NCBI GenBank assembly: GCA_964386935.1 | Contig: CAYLUX010000001.1 | Location: forward strand, 23,386-87,385 | Origin: an uncultured Janibacter sp. | Lineage (GTDB): Bacteria; Actinomycetota; Actinomycetes; Actinomycetales; Dermatophilaceae | Length of the DNA stretch: 64,000 nt | Reading direction: 5' to 3' | Part shown: in pieces, positions 1-9,377 of the stretch | Numbering within the stretch: position 1 is the stretch's first letter | Layout: every line of letters begins with the position of its first letter | Translations under genes and position numbers: made by a program | The notes under the pieces: model-generated | Databases searched by the model: none | Told to the model about the DNA's origin: nothing | The model's input: the letters and a program-made list of their open reading frames with translations, nothing else

Positions 1-20
1 CGGGCGGCTACCCTCCATTC

Positions 21-803
21 GTGACCTCATCCGAGACACCCGTCATGCCCACGGTCCCGGTGCGCCCGCGCCCCCTGGTGGTCCTCGGCGCCGTGCTCGC
101 GGGCATCGTGGTCACGCTCGCGGGCCTCTCCGGGCAGCACCTCGCCGACGTCGCCGCGGTGCTCGTCACGGGCCTCGTGGTCGCCGGAGGGTGGCCCCGG
201 ATCGTGCGGTCGCCCGCACCGCTGGGTGCGGGAGTCGTCCTCGCCCTCACGACCCTGGCGCTGGCCGTGGCGCTGCTGCTGCAGAGCGGCCCGCCGCGGC
301 TGCAGCAGGTGCCGGTCGCCGTCGCCGGGGGCGTGGTGCTGATGTGCCTGCACCCGCTCGTGCGTGAGGAGGCGCGCACCCGTCTGGCGGAGCTGCTCAC
401 CGGCACCTCCCTGGGCATCCTCGTCCTCGTCTCCGGGGGAGTGCTCGTCACGACCCATCCCGTGGACGCGACGGTGGCCACCGTCGCCGGGGTGTCGGTG
501 TCCGTGGCTGCGCTGGTGGATCTCGTCCTCGAACGACCGGGCACTGCGGCTTGGATGCTGCCTGCCGCGATGCTCGTCGGCGGGGTGGTCGGGCTCCTCG
601 TGCACGTGGCCCTCGGGGAGGGGTGGGAGGCCGGTCCGTTCCTCGTCGGGCTGGCCACCGCCGCGGTGGCGCTGTGCCTGCGACGGGCGATCTCCCAGCA
701 GCCGGCACTCACCACGCCCCCCGGCGCCGTGGCCGCGGGGGTCGCGTCGGTGCTGTTCGTCGGCCCCGTGGTCCTCGCCCTCGCGCGGATGCCCATCACC
801 TGA
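21..803 (+). CDS. hypothetical polytopic membrane protein
   Basis: GTG-initiated 260-aa ORF, A/V/L/G-rich with repeated ~20-aa hydrophobic stretches. The overlapping minus-strand ORF 8..853 translates to R/P/T-rich junk. Confidence 0.6.
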   Translation: MTSSETPVMPTVPVRPRPLVVLGAVLAGIVVTLAGLSGQHLADVAAVLVTGLVVAGGWPRIVRSPAPLGAGVVLALTTLALAVALLLQSGPPRLQQVPVAVAGGVVLMCLHPLVREEARTRLAELLTGTSLGILVLVSGGVLVTTHPVDATVATVAGVSVSVAALVDLVLERPGTAAWMLPAAMLVGGVVGLLVHVALGEGWEAGPFLVGLATAAVALCLRRAISQQPALTTPPGAVAAGVASVLFVGPVVLALARMPIT

Positions 804-817
804 GGGCTCCGCCTACG

Positions 818-1324
818 ATGTGGGACGTGTTCACCCTCGATCCCACGATCCACCCGGACATCGCGCCGCTCGCTTGGCTGGTCGGCCGGTGGGAGGGCGC
901 CGGAGTTCTCGGCTACCCGACCATCGAGTCCTCACGCTTCGGGCAGGAGATCGTCGTCAGCCACGACGAGCGCCCCTTCCTGCGGTGGGAGAGCAGCACC
1001 TGGATCCTCGACGAGGACGGGGAGATCGTGCGGCCCGCGGCCACGGAGCTGGGCTTCTGGCGTGCGGGGACCCGTGAGGGCGAGGTGGAGCTCCTGCTGA
1101 CCCACCCGACCGGCATCGTCGAGATGTACTACGGCACGCAGGAGCCCGGCCGGATCGAGCTGCAGACGGACGGCGTCCTGCGCTCACCGGGCGCGAAGGA
1201 GTACACGTCCGCGCAGCGGATGTACGGGCTCGTGAAGTCCAACCTCATGTGGGTGATGGACATGGCCGCGGTCGGGCAGCCGATGACCAGCCACGTCTCG
1301 GGGGAGCTGAAGCGGGTCGAGTGA
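818..1324 (+). CDS. nitrobindin-like / DUF1794 FABP-fold protein (peroxynitrite isomerase family)
   Basis: ATG 818 lies inside track ORF 551..1324, whose upstream part is R/G/P-rich. The 'LAWLVGRWEGAGVLGYPT' N-terminus and ~168-aa size are typical of actinobacterial nitrobindins. Confidence 0.75.
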   Translation: MWDVFTLDPTIHPDIAPLAWLVGRWEGAGVLGYPTIESSRFGQEIVVSHDERPFLRWESSTWILDEDGEIVRPAATELGFWRAGTREGEVELLLTHPTGIVEMYYGTQEPGRIELQTDGVLRSPGAKEYTSAQRMYGLVKSNLMWVMDMAAVGQPMTSHVSGELKRVE

Positions 1325-1336
1325 CCCGCTGCGGCG

Positions 1337-2338
1337 TCACTCGACGAAGGACTCCATGTCGTCGCGCTGCAGGGCCTCGCCCAGGCGCTCCATCCCCCGC
1401 TCGTCGAGCACGTCGATCGAGGCGCCACCGGAGGTCGTGCCGAACCCGTCGAAGGGCGCCGTCACGAAGTGGATGTCATTGCCCCGCACGCCGCGCAGCG
1501 CGATGGCCTGACTGCGGATCTTCGAGGTCGTCAGCTGGTTGTCCACGGTCGTGTTCTTGGTGCCGGCGTCGATGACGTCGCTGAGCTTCGCGGGGTTGAG
1601 CAGCACACCCGGGGTGAGGGTCTCGTTCATGATCCCCTTGAGCCAGGCCTGCTGCCTCTCACCGCGGGAGATGTCGCCCTCCTGCAGGCTCTTGCGCTCG
1701 CGGACGAACCTCAGTGCCTCGTCGCCGCCGAGCTCGATGCGGCCCTCCGGGAAGTCGTCCCCGCCCTGGGGGTTGTTCACGGTGACCCCGCCGAGGGCCT
1801 TCGTCAGCGCGACGAAGCCCTCGAAGTCGGTCTGGGCGACGTGGTCGATCTTGACGCCGACGAGGTCCTGGATGGTGCGCACGAGCAGCGGGGACTTCCC
1901 GTAGGCGTAGGCGGCGTTGATCTTGTCCTTGCCGTGCCCGTCGATGGGGACGTAGAGATCACGCGGGAAGTGGATCAGCCAGATGTTGCCGTTGTCCTTG
2001 TCCACGTGCACCAGCTGGATGACGTCGGCCCGGCTGAAGGTCTCGCCGGGGCGGGCGTCGGAGCCGAGGAGGAGGTAGTTCGTGCCCTCACCGCTGACCA
2101 GCTTGTTGCCGTGGGAGTCCCGGTTCGGGTCGTAGCCCTCGGACTGCGTCCCGAGCAGGTCGTCGCGGTCGAGGTTGCGATCCACCTTGCTGCTGAGGAA
2201 CCAGACGTAGGCCGCGAGACCGATGATGATCAGCAGGACCAGTGCGAGCAGCGAGACGAGGATCCGCTTGCCCTTGCCCATGGGTCGTCGAGGGCGGCGA
2301 CGCTCGCGCTCGGGCGCGTCAGAGAAGTCCTCCAGCAT
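1337..2338 (-). CDS. LytR-CpsA-Psr (LCP) family cell-envelope phosphotransferase
   Basis: Internal ATG 2338 (MLEDFSD..). Basic N-tail, one TM helix (ILVSLLALVLLIIIGLAAYVWF), then LCP core 'NYLLLGSDAR', 'SRADVIQLVHVD', 'HFPRDLYV'. Confidence 0.85.
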   Translation of the reverse strand: MLEDFSDAPERERRRPRRPMGKGKRILVSLLALVLLIIIGLAAYVWFLSSKVDRNLDRDDLLGTQSEGYDPNRDSHGNKLVSGEGTNYLLLGSDARPGETFSRADVIQLVHVDKDNGNIWLIHFPRDLYVPIDGHGKDKINAAYAYGKSPLLVRTIQDLVGVKIDHVAQTDFEGFVALTKALGGVTVNNPQGGDDFPEGRIELGGDEALRFVRERKSLQEGDISRGERQQAWLKGIMNETLTPGVLLNPAKLSDVIDAGTKNTTVDNQLTTSKIRSQAIALRGVRGNDIHFVTAPFDGFGTTSGGASIDVLDERGMERLGEALQRDDMESFVE

Positions 2339-2405
2339 GACGCACAGCGTAGACCGAACGCCGGGGAGTGTCTGCACGCTCTCAGAGGAGACGTAGATTG
2401 GTGTC

Positions 2406-2843
2406 ATGGCGGATCCCGGAGAGGTGCTGCGCCGGCACGGCCTGCGCATGACCGAGCAGCGTCGGCGGGTGCTGGCGGTGCTCGGAGAGCGCTCCCACCT
2501 GACGCCGGAGGACATCGTCGCCGCCGTCGGCGACGACGGGGGCCCACCGCTGCCGCCCTCGACGATCTACCGGACCCTCGACGCGCTCCAGGACGTGGGC
2601 CTCGTCGACCACACCCACCTGGACCATCGCGCGCCGACCTACCAGCTGGCGGGCCACCACGGCCACCTGCACCTCGTCTGCCGTCGCTGCGGCGAGGTCC
2701 TCGAGGCCGAGGCCCGGCTCGCCGAAGAGCTCACCGAACGACTGGTGTCCGCGACGGGATTCGTCGCGGACCCGACCCACATGGCGATCCACGGTCACTG
2801 CGCACGCTGCGCGGACGCGGCCGCCGAGGAAGGAGAGGCATGA
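2406..2843 (+). CDS. Fur-family metalloregulator
   Basis: 145 aa. 'LRMTEQRRRVLAVL' winged-helix region, His-rich 'AGHHGHLH', and CxxC pairs 'CRRCG' and 'CARC'. Divergent from the LCP gene. Confidence 0.85.
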   Translation: MADPGEVLRRHGLRMTEQRRRVLAVLGERSHLTPEDIVAAVGDDGGPPLPPSTIYRTLDALQDVGLVDHTHLDHRAPTYQLAGHHGHLHLVCRRCGEVLEAEARLAEELTERLVSATGFVADPTHMAIHGHCARCADAAAEEGEA

Positions 2844-3859
2844 CCGCCTCTGCACTGCTCCGTACCCCGGGCGCGGTCCCCGCCGACGGGATCGACGAGG
2901 GGGTCGCCGCCCACTACGGGGACCCCCTTCGCGAGCAGCGACTGCTCGAGGAAGGGCTGGGGGTCGTCGACCTCTCCCACCGGGGCGTCGTGACCGTCAC
3001 CGGTCCGGACCGGCTCTCCTGGTTGCACACGCTGACCACCCAGCACCTGACCGACCTGCCCCCGCACACCTCCGCGGAGACGCTCGTGCTCACGCCGAAG
3101 GGCAAGGTCGAGCACGACCTGCACGTCGTCGACGACGGCGAGCGGACGTGGCTGACCGTCGAGCCCGGCACCGCGCCGGCGTTGGCAGCGTGGCTGGACT
3201 CGATGCGCTTCATGCTGCGCGTCGAGGTCGCCGACGTCAGCGAGGAGTACGCGGTCCTCGGCGAGACCATCGGCCGCGAGGGGACCGCTGACGAGCCTCC
3301 GACCTGGGTGGACCCGTGGCCGGGCGTCGTCGGGGACACCGCCGCCTACGGCCCGCCCCCCGGGGAGCACCCCGGCAGGCTGCGGCCGTGGCGCGAGGTC
3401 ATCGTGCCGAAGGGGGAGCTGGCCGCCGCCGTGGGTGACCGCGAGCTGGTCGGCACCTGGGCGGCGGAGGCGCTGCGGGTCGCGGCCTGGCGGCCGCGCC
3501 TGGGCGCCGAGACCGACCACCGCACCATCGTGCACGAGGTCGACTGGCTGCGGACCGCGGTACACCTGCACAAGGGGTGCTACCGCGGCCAGGAGACGGT
3601 GGCCCGGGTGCACAACCTCGGGCGGCCGCCGCGCCGCCTCGTCTTCCTGCACCTCGACGGGTCGGGCCACATCCTCCCCGAGGTGGGCGCCGAGATTCGG
3701 TTGGGGGAGAAGGTCGTCGGGCGGATCACCTCCCGGGCGCGGCACCACGAGGACGGACCGATCGCGCTCGCGGTGCTCAAGCGCAACACCGACGACGAGG
3801 CCGACCTGGTGGTCGACCACGACATCGCCGCGGCGCAGACGGTGATCGTCCCCCGCTGA
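2840..3859 (+). CDS. ygfZ: YgfZ/CAF17 folate-binding protein (GcvT-like fold)
   Basis: ATG 2840 overlaps the fur stop (ATGA). Contains 'DLSHRGVVTVTGPDRLSWLHTLTTQ' and the diagnostic 'KGCYRGQE' motif. The track ORF 1469..3859 N-terminus is antisense junk. Confidence 0.85.
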   Translation: MTASALLRTPGAVPADGIDEGVAAHYGDPLREQRLLEEGLGVVDLSHRGVVTVTGPDRLSWLHTLTTQHLTDLPPHTSAETLVLTPKGKVEHDLHVVDDGERTWLTVEPGTAPALAAWLDSMRFMLRVEVADVSEEYAVLGETIGREGTADEPPTWVDPWPGVVGDTAAYGPPPGEHPGRLRPWREVIVPKGELAAAVGDRELVGTWAAEALRVAAWRPRLGAETDHRTIVHEVDWLRTAVHLHKGCYRGQETVARVHNLGRPPRRLVFLHLDGSGHILPEVGAEIRLGEKVVGRITSRARHHEDGPIALAVLKRNTDDEADLVVDHDIAAAQTVIVPR

Positions 3860-3889
3860 CTGAGAGGTCCGTCACTTCTGCTGCCTCCA

Positions 3890-3926
3890 GCTTGCATGCG
3901 CTAACTAAAGCAAGCACTATGGAGTC
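3890..3926 (+). promoter_or_regulatory. candidate promoter/operator of the XRE-hbhA-like pair
   Basis: Locally AT-richer stretch. Inverted repeat GCTTGC-N14-GCAAGC (3890-3915) with an internal GCATGC. TTGCAT (3892-3897) lies 17 nt before CACTAT (3915-3920), and the ATG is 7 nt further, so a leaderless transcript is possible. Confidence 0.4.
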
Positions 3927-4505
3927 ATGTCGAAGAACCCGTTGGATGCGCTGCACGGAGGCCTGGGCAACAACCTGGGTGAGTACCTCCGTGAGCAGCG
4001 CGAGCTGGCCAAGCTGTCGCTCCGGCAGCTCTCCGCGCTGGCCGGGATCTCGAACCCCTACCTCTCGCAGATCGAGCGGGGTGTGAAGCGCCCCAGCGCC
4101 GACATCCTGCAGCAGATCGCCGGGGGCCTGTCGATCTCGGCGGAGACCCTCTACGTGCAGGCCGGTCTGCTCGACCCCAAGGACGCGGTCGCCGAAGCAG
4201 GAGCCACGACCCGCGCGGCCATCCGCAACGACCCGGCCCTGACTGCCCGGCAGCGTCAGTCGCTGCTGGAGATCTACGAGTCCTTCGTCGGCGGTGGCGA
4301 GGCGGACGTCGAGCCGGCCCGCCCCACGCCCCGCTCCCGTGCCACCCACAAGGAGGCGCGCCGGGACGTGACCGCGAAGAAGGCCACCCCCAAGAAGACC
4401 GCGGCCGCCAAGCAGTCCACCGCGAAGAAGACGACGGCCACCAAGGCCGCGTCCAGCAAGCAGTCAACAGCCAAGAAGTCGACCACCAAGAAGACCCGGT
4501 CCTGA
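3927..4505 (+). CDS. XRE-family HTH regulator with Lys/Ala/Thr-rich basic C-terminal tail
   Basis: 'LREQRELAKLSLRQLSALAGISNPYLSQIERGVKRPS' HTH. The last ~50 residues are KKxT/AKK-type repeats. It occupies the position of the HTH gene upstream of hbhA in mycobacteria. Confidence 0.85.
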   Translation: MSKNPLDALHGGLGNNLGEYLREQRELAKLSLRQLSALAGISNPYLSQIERGVKRPSADILQQIAGGLSISAETLYVQAGLLDPKDAVAEAGATTRAAIRNDPALTARQRQSLLEIYESFVGGGEADVEPARPTPRSRATHKEARRDVTAKKATPKKTAAAKQSTAKKTTATKAASSKQSTAKKSTTKKTRS

Positions 4506-4534
4506 CCGGACCGGGAGATCAACAGGAGGACCAC

Positions 4535-5164
4535 ATGAGCGTCACCACCACCGTCAAGAAGGTCGTCACCGACCAGACCTACGCCACCCTCGGCGCCACC
4601 GACCTGGCCGCTGAGACCGTGCGCGGTTACTCCTCGCAGCTGGCCGCCCTCGGCGCCGAGCTGGAGCCGAAGAAGGTCCAGGCCCGCGTCCTCGCCGCCC
4701 CGGGCGACGCCCAGAACTACTACGTCGACCTCACCAAGCGCGGCGAGGCCCTCGTGACCCGCGTGCGCAACCAGCAGGCCACCAAGGACCTCATCGGCCA
4801 GGCCGAGAGCACCGTCGCCCGCGCCAAGGGTGTCGTCACCACCGCTCGCAAGGCCGTCACCGACCTCGAGGCCTCCGCCAAGCGCACCCTGACCATCGGT
4901 CGCAAGGAGGCCGCCAAGGCCGCCGACGCCGTCGCCGACTCGGTGGACGTCGACGTCGACACCGAGAAGGCCAAGAAGGCCGTCACCACCTCCGCCAAGA
5001 AGACGGCCTCCGCCGCCAAGGGCACCACGACCACCGCGAAGAAGGGTGCCACCCGCACCCGGAGCGCGGCCAAGGGTGCCACCACCTCCGCGAAGAAGAC
5101 TGCGAGCGCCTCCTCCAAGGCCACCACCAAGGCCGCCGAGAAGACCTCCGCGTCCTCCAAGTGA
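4535..5164 (+). CDS. HbhA-like (heparin-binding haemagglutinin family) protein with Lys-rich tail
   Basis: AGGAGG (4524-4529) lies 5 nt before the ATG. 'ATLGATDLAAETV' and 'TKRGEALVTRVR' resemble HbhA. The C-terminal half is AKKT/SAKK repeats. Confidence 0.75.
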   Translation: MSVTTTVKKVVTDQTYATLGATDLAAETVRGYSSQLAALGAELEPKKVQARVLAAPGDAQNYYVDLTKRGEALVTRVRNQQATKDLIGQAESTVARAKGVVTTARKAVTDLEASAKRTLTIGRKEAAKAADAVADSVDVDVDTEKAKKAVTTSAKKTASAAKGTTTTAKKGATRTRSAAKGATTSAKKTASASSKATTKAAEKTSASSK

Positions 5165-5192
5165 GCCGAAGGGCGCCGGTAGCCTCGGGGAG

Positions 5193-6191
5193 ATGACCGC
5201 CCAGGCTCCCGCCACGCCCCTCCTGAACGAAGCCCCCGTGCTGGTCCACGTGACCCGCGGGGGCTTCGTCGAGTCCGCCCACCGGGCCACCCTCGTGGCC
5301 ACGACGCGCGAAGGGGGCACCCCCCTTCGCCACGGACGGACCGCTGATGTGGTGCTGCCCCGCTCCAGCCTGAAGCCCGTGCAGGCGCTGGCCATGGTCC
5401 GGGCCGGCCTCGACCTCCCGCCCGAGCTGCTCGCTCTGGTGTGTGCCAGCCACTCCGGGGAGCGGCGCCACCTGGACGGTGTCGCGCGGATCCTCGACTC
5501 GGTCGGGCTGGACACCACTGCCCTGCGCACGACGCCGGCGCTGCCGCTCGGCGAGGTCGAGCACGCCCGGTGGCTGGTCGAGGGACGCGGGCCGGAGCCG
5601 GTCGCCATGGACTGCTCCGGCAAGCACGCCGGGATGCTCGCGACCTGCCGGATCAACGACTGGCCGACCGAGAGCTACCTGGACCCCGGGCACCCCCTGC
5701 AGCAGGCCATCCGGGAGACCGTGAGCAGCGGCGTCGGGCCCGTCAGCCACGTGACCGTCGACGGCTGCGGCGCACCGCTCTTCGCCGTCCCGCTCGACGG
5801 GCTGGCCCGGGCCTTCGGCGTGCTCGCCGCCGCAGACCCGGGGACCCCGGAGGGGCGGATCGCCGAGGCGATGCGGACCGCCCCGGGCATGGTCGGCGGG
5901 ACCGGCCGGGACGTCACCGCGTTCATGGAGGGCGTGCCGGGGCTGATCGCCAAGGACGGCGCCGAGGCGGTCTACGCCGCGGGCCTGCCGGACGGCCGGG
6001 GCATCGCCCTCAAGGTGGCCGACGGTGCTGCGGGTCCCCGAGCGAGGCGGGCACTGCTGGCCCACGCCCTCCTCGCCCTCGGCGTCGACACCCCACCTCT
6101 GCGGGACCTCGCCCACCAGCCGGTGCTCGGTCACGGCGAGCCTGTGGGTGAGGTCCGGGTGCTCGACCTGACGGGGGAGGACCGGGCATGA
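5193..6191 (+). CDS. L-asparaginase II family protein (Rhizobium-type)
   Basis: ATG 5193 within track ORF 5046..6191. Motifs 'HVTRGGFVESAH', 'PRSSLKPVQAL', 'CSGKHAGMLA'. Confidence 0.8.
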   Translation: MTAQAPATPLLNEAPVLVHVTRGGFVESAHRATLVATTREGGTPLRHGRTADVVLPRSSLKPVQALAMVRAGLDLPPELLALVCASHSGERRHLDGVARILDSVGLDTTALRTTPALPLGEVEHARWLVEGRGPEPVAMDCSGKHAGMLATCRINDWPTESYLDPGHPLQQAIRETVSSGVGPVSHVTVDGCGAPLFAVPLDGLARAFGVLAAADPGTPEGRIAEAMRTAPGMVGGTGRDVTAFMEGVPGLIAKDGAEAVYAAGLPDGRGIALKVADGAAGPRARRALLAHALLALGVDTPPLRDLAHQPVLGHGEPVGEVRVLDLTGEDRA

Positions 6192-6616
6192 GGACGGTGC
6201 TGCAGCGTGTCACCTCGGCACGCGTCGTCGTCGAGGGAGAGACCGTCGGGCAGATCGGTCCCGGGCTGGTCGCGCTCGTCGGCGTCACCCACGACGACGG
6301 GCCCGAGCAGGTGGAGCGCACGGTGCGCAAGACCGCCGAGCTGCGCATCATGCCGGGTGAGCGCTCCGTGCAGGAGAGTGGCGGCGAGGTGCTCGTCGTC
6401 AGCCAGTTCACCCTCCACGCGGACGTGCGCAAGGGGCGCCGCCCGTCCTGGAACGCCGCCGCCCCGGCGGACGTGGCCGAGCCCGTCGTGCAGGCCGTCG
6501 CCGACGGGCTCGCCGCTCGCGGCATCGGCGTGGCCACCGGTGCCTTCGGTGCCGACATGGCCGTCGACATCCACGGTGACGGTCCGGTGACCATCGTCCT
6601 GGACGTGCCCGCATAG
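6188..6616 (+). CDS. dtd: D-aminoacyl-tRNA deacylase
   Basis: ATGA overlap with the upstream gene. Contains 'MRTVLQRV', 'IGPGLVALVGV', 'SQFTLHADVRKGRRPS', 'GPVT'. Confidence 0.9.
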   Translation: MRTVLQRVTSARVVVEGETVGQIGPGLVALVGVTHDDGPEQVERTVRKTAELRIMPGERSVQESGGEVLVVSQFTLHADVRKGRRPSWNAAAPADVAEPVVQAVADGLAARGIGVATGAFGADMAVDIHGDGPVTIVLDVPA

Positions 6617-6626
6617 GCTTGGGCCC

Positions 6627-6932
6627 GTGCAGATCATCGGTCAGGTCCAGTTCTGGATCATCCAGGCCCTCGCGCTCCTCGCGCTCGGGGCGGAGATCTT
6701 CGCGCTCGTGCACGCCGCCCGGACCCGCAGCGACGCCTTCCCGGCGGCGGGCAAGCAGACGAAGCTCTTCTGGGTCGCGCTGCTCGTGCTCGCGGTCCTC
6801 ATGGGCTTCACCGCCATCGGCCCCACGGGTGGGCTGGGTCTGCTCTCCATCATCGGGATCGTCATCGCCGGTGTGTACCTGGCGGACGTGCGTCCCGCGA
6901 TCGACCAGCTGCTGGGGCGCTCCCGGCGCTGA
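6627..6932 (+). CDS. DUF2516-like small membrane protein
   Basis: GTG start. 101 aa with three hydrophobic helices. Confidence 0.6.
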   Translation: MQIIGQVQFWIIQALALLALGAEIFALVHAARTRSDAFPAAGKQTKLFWVALLVLAVLMGFTAIGPTGGLGLLSIIGIVIAGVYLADVRPAIDQLLGRSRR

Positions 6933-6984
6933 CCGTGGGGCACAATGCCCTTGGGGCAGTATCGAGCACACAGGGGAGCGACAC

Positions 6985-7350
6985 GTGGAGGACCATCCGG
7001 ACCCTCGGGGAGAGGTCGTCACGTCACGCCGCCCGTGGGGCGGCTTCGAGCAGCTCTCCCACAACGAGTTCACGACCGTCAAGGTCATCACCGTCCTGCC
7101 GGGTCAGCGCCTCTCGCTGCAGACCCACGCCCGACGGGCCGAGCTGTGGCAGGTCCTCGACGGGCCGCTGGAGGTCACCGTCGGGGACGAGACGTGGACC
7201 GCGGCCACCGACGAGCGGGTCTGGGTGCCGCTCGGGACCCGGCACCGGATGCACAACGCCGGCGAGGAGTCGGCGCGGGTGCTCGAGATCGCCTGGGGGG
7301 ACTTCGACGAGGACGACATCGTGCGCCTCCAGGACGACTACGACCGCTGA
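6985..7350 (+). CDS. cupin-domain protein (mannose-6-phosphate isomerase type II C-terminal-like)
   Basis: GTG 6985 is the only in-frame start upstream of 'RPWGGFEQL', 'VKVITVLPGQRLSLQTHARRAELWQVLDG'. Confidence 0.7.
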   Translation: MEDHPDPRGEVVTSRRPWGGFEQLSHNEFTTVKVITVLPGQRLSLQTHARRAELWQVLDGPLEVTVGDETWTAATDERVWVPLGTRHRMHNAGEESARVLEIAWGDFDEDDIVRLQDDYDR

Positions 7351-7424
7351 GACACCGGCCTCGGGGGACCGTCTCCGGGAGGCGAACGTAGGCTGACCCG
7401 GATGAAGACATCACGGGTGCTGCC

Positions 7425-8696
7425 GTGACCGGTCCCGACATCGGCCGGGTCGCGATGATCAGCGTGCACACCTCCCCGCTGGACCAGCCGGGCACCGGCG
7501 ACGCGGGAGGTCTCAACGTCTACGTCGTCGAGTCCGCGCTCGAGCTGGCCCGCCGCGGCGTCGAGGTCGAGATCTTCACCCGCCGCACCTCGGCCGAGCA
7601 GCCGGACGTCGTCGAGATGTCCCGGGGCGTGAGCGTGAGGCACGTCGACGCCGGGCCCTACGAGGGGCTGCTCAAGGAGGACCTGCCCGGTCAGCTGTGC
7701 GCCTTCGCCGCAGGGATCATGCACGAGATCGCCAGGGTCCCGCCGGGGCACTACGACGTCGCGCACTCCCACTACTGGCTCTCCGGGCAGGTGGGCTGGC
7801 TCGTCGCCGAGCGGTGGCAGGTGCCGCTCGTGCACACGATGCACACGATGGCCCGGGTCAAGAACCGCACCCTGTCCGAGGACGACGTCCCCGAGCCGCA
7901 GACCCGCGAGATCGGTGAGCTGCAGGTCGTCGACATCGCCGACCGGCTGGTCGCGAACACCGTTCGCGAGGAGCAGGAGCTCATCGAGTACTACGACGCC
8001 GTCCCCGAGGCGATCGAGGTGGTCCCACCGGGTGTCGACCTCGAGGTCTTCCACCCCGGGGACCGGGAGCAGGCGCGAGCCCGTCTGGGGCTGCCCCGGG
8101 ACGCGGTCGTGCTCCTCTTCGTCGGTCGGATCCAGCCGCTCAAGGCGCCGGACGTCCTCGTGCGGGCGGCGGCGGAGCTGCTGACGCGCATGCCGCAGCT
8201 GCGCGAGCGGCTCGTCGTCGCGGTGCTCGGCGGCGCCTCGGGCAGGGGACAGGCGGCACCCGACGAGCTGCAGCGTCTCGGCGAGGAGCTCGGCCTGGCC
8301 GACGTCCTCCACCTCTCGCCCCCGACCACCCGCGCGGGCCTGGCGGACTGGTACCGCGCGGCCGACGTCGTCACGGTGCCCTCCTACAGCGAGTCCTTCG
8401 GGCTGGTCGCCGTCGAGGCCCAGGCCTGCGGGGCGGTCGTCCTCGCGGCCGACGTGGGTGGCCTGCCCACCGCCGTCGGCACCGCCGGTGTCCTCGTGCG
8501 CGGGCACGACCCACGGGTGTGGGCCGAGGAGATCGCCGCGGTGCTGCAGGACCCGGAGCACGCGCGGGACCTGGGTGCACGAGCGCGGGTCCACGCGGAG
8601 ACCTTCGGGTGGAACGCCACCGTCGACCGGCTCATGGAGGTCTACCGTGAAGCCGTGTCCGAACGTCGACAGACAATGTTGGAGGCTTCGCGATGA
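7425..8696 (+). CDS. mshA: D-inositol-3-phosphate glycosyltransferase (mycothiol biosynthesis)
   Basis: '[26 protein letters not shown]' N-terminus and GT4 '[14 protein letters not shown]'. Followed by a YbjN-like gene and gpmA, as in mycobacteria. Confidence 0.9.
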   Translation: MTGPDIGRVAMISVHTSPLDQPGTGDAGGLNVYVVESALELARRGVEVEIFTRRTSAEQPDVVEMSRGVSVRHVDAGPYEGLLKEDLPGQLCAFAAGIMHEIARVPPGHYDVAHSHYWLSGQVGWLVAERWQVPLVHTMHTMARVKNRTLSEDDVPEPQTREIGELQVVDIADRLVANTVREEQELIEYYDAVPEAIEVVPPGVDLEVFHPGDREQARARLGLPRDAVVLLFVGRIQPLKAPDVLVRAAAELLTRMPQLRERLVVAVLGGASGRGQAAPDELQRLGEELGLADVLHLSPPTTRAGLADWYRAADVVTVPSYSESFGLVAVEAQACGAVVLAADVGGLPTAVGTAGVLVRGHDPRVWAEEIAAVLQDPEHARDLGARARVHAETFGWNATVDRLMEVYREAVSERRQTMLEASR

Positions 8697-9217
8697 CCCG
8701 GGACGACGTCACACCGCAGCAGGTGCTGCAGACCGTGCGCGAGGCGCTCGAGGAAGCCGAGGTCGACTTCGAGCCCGGCGTGCGCGAGGGCGAGCTCGTC
8801 GTCTCCCTCCCGGGCGAGCGGAAGCTGAAGACCGTCGCCTCCCTCGTCGTCGGTGAGCACGACCTGGCCGCCACCGCCTTCGTCATCCGTCACCCGGACG
8901 AGAACGAGCAGGCCTTCAACCACCACCTCCTCCGGCGCAACCTGCGCATGACCCTGCTCGCCTACGCCGTCGACGACATGGGCGACGTGTACGTCCGTGG
9001 GCGCATCCCCCTTCGCGCCGTGACCGAGGAACTGGTCGACCAGCTCCTCGGCATGCTCCTCGAGGCCGCGGACGAACCCTTCAACGAGCTCCTCCTGCTC
9101 GGCTTCCGCAGCTCGATGCAGAAGGAGTGGGACTGGCGGGTCTCCCGCGGCGAGTCCCTGCGCAACCTCGAGGCCTTCCGCTCGGTCCTCCAACGCGAGG
9201 GAGACCCCGGGGCCTGA
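8693..9217 (+). CDS. YbjN-domain protein
   Basis: ATGA overlap with mshA. 174 aa. Conserved mshA neighbour in actinobacteria (from memory, Rv0487-like). Confidence 0.75.
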   Translation: MTRDDVTPQQVLQTVREALEEAEVDFEPGVREGELVVSLPGERKLKTVASLVVGEHDLAATAFVIRHPDENEQAFNHHLLRRNLRMTLLAYAVDDMGDVYVRGRIPLRAVTEELVDQLLGMLLEAADEPFNELLLLGFRSSMQKEWDWRVSRGESLRNLEAFRSVLQREGDPGA

Positions 9218-9377
9218 GACGCAGGGTTGCTGGGCGGGCCCCTGGGGCGGTTCCTGCGGCGGAGTGCGTGCGGCACTCGGCCCTGGGGACTGCGGCCGCG
9301 GGGCGGCCTCCGTCCTTATTCGGGCCGAGCACCACACGCACTCCGCCTCCGGAGCCGTGCGTGGTTACGCTTGCCCC

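Noticed and set aside
1469-3859. N-terminal extensions of track ORFs, for example 1469..3859, 551..1324, 5046..6191, 9264..10109, 12895..14082, 15612..16385, 17805..19601, 24098..24805, 31187..33424, 35024..36391, 43858..45015, 47227..49248, 55527..56654, 56096..57511, 56935..58170, 58038..59507 and 61525..63507.
   Set aside because: The upstream parts overlap the preceding gene or a tRNA and translate to R/G/P-rich junk. In each case an internal ATG or GTG gives the family-typical N-terminus. This start often forms an ATGA/GTGA overlap with the upstream stop or follows a purine-rich RBS.
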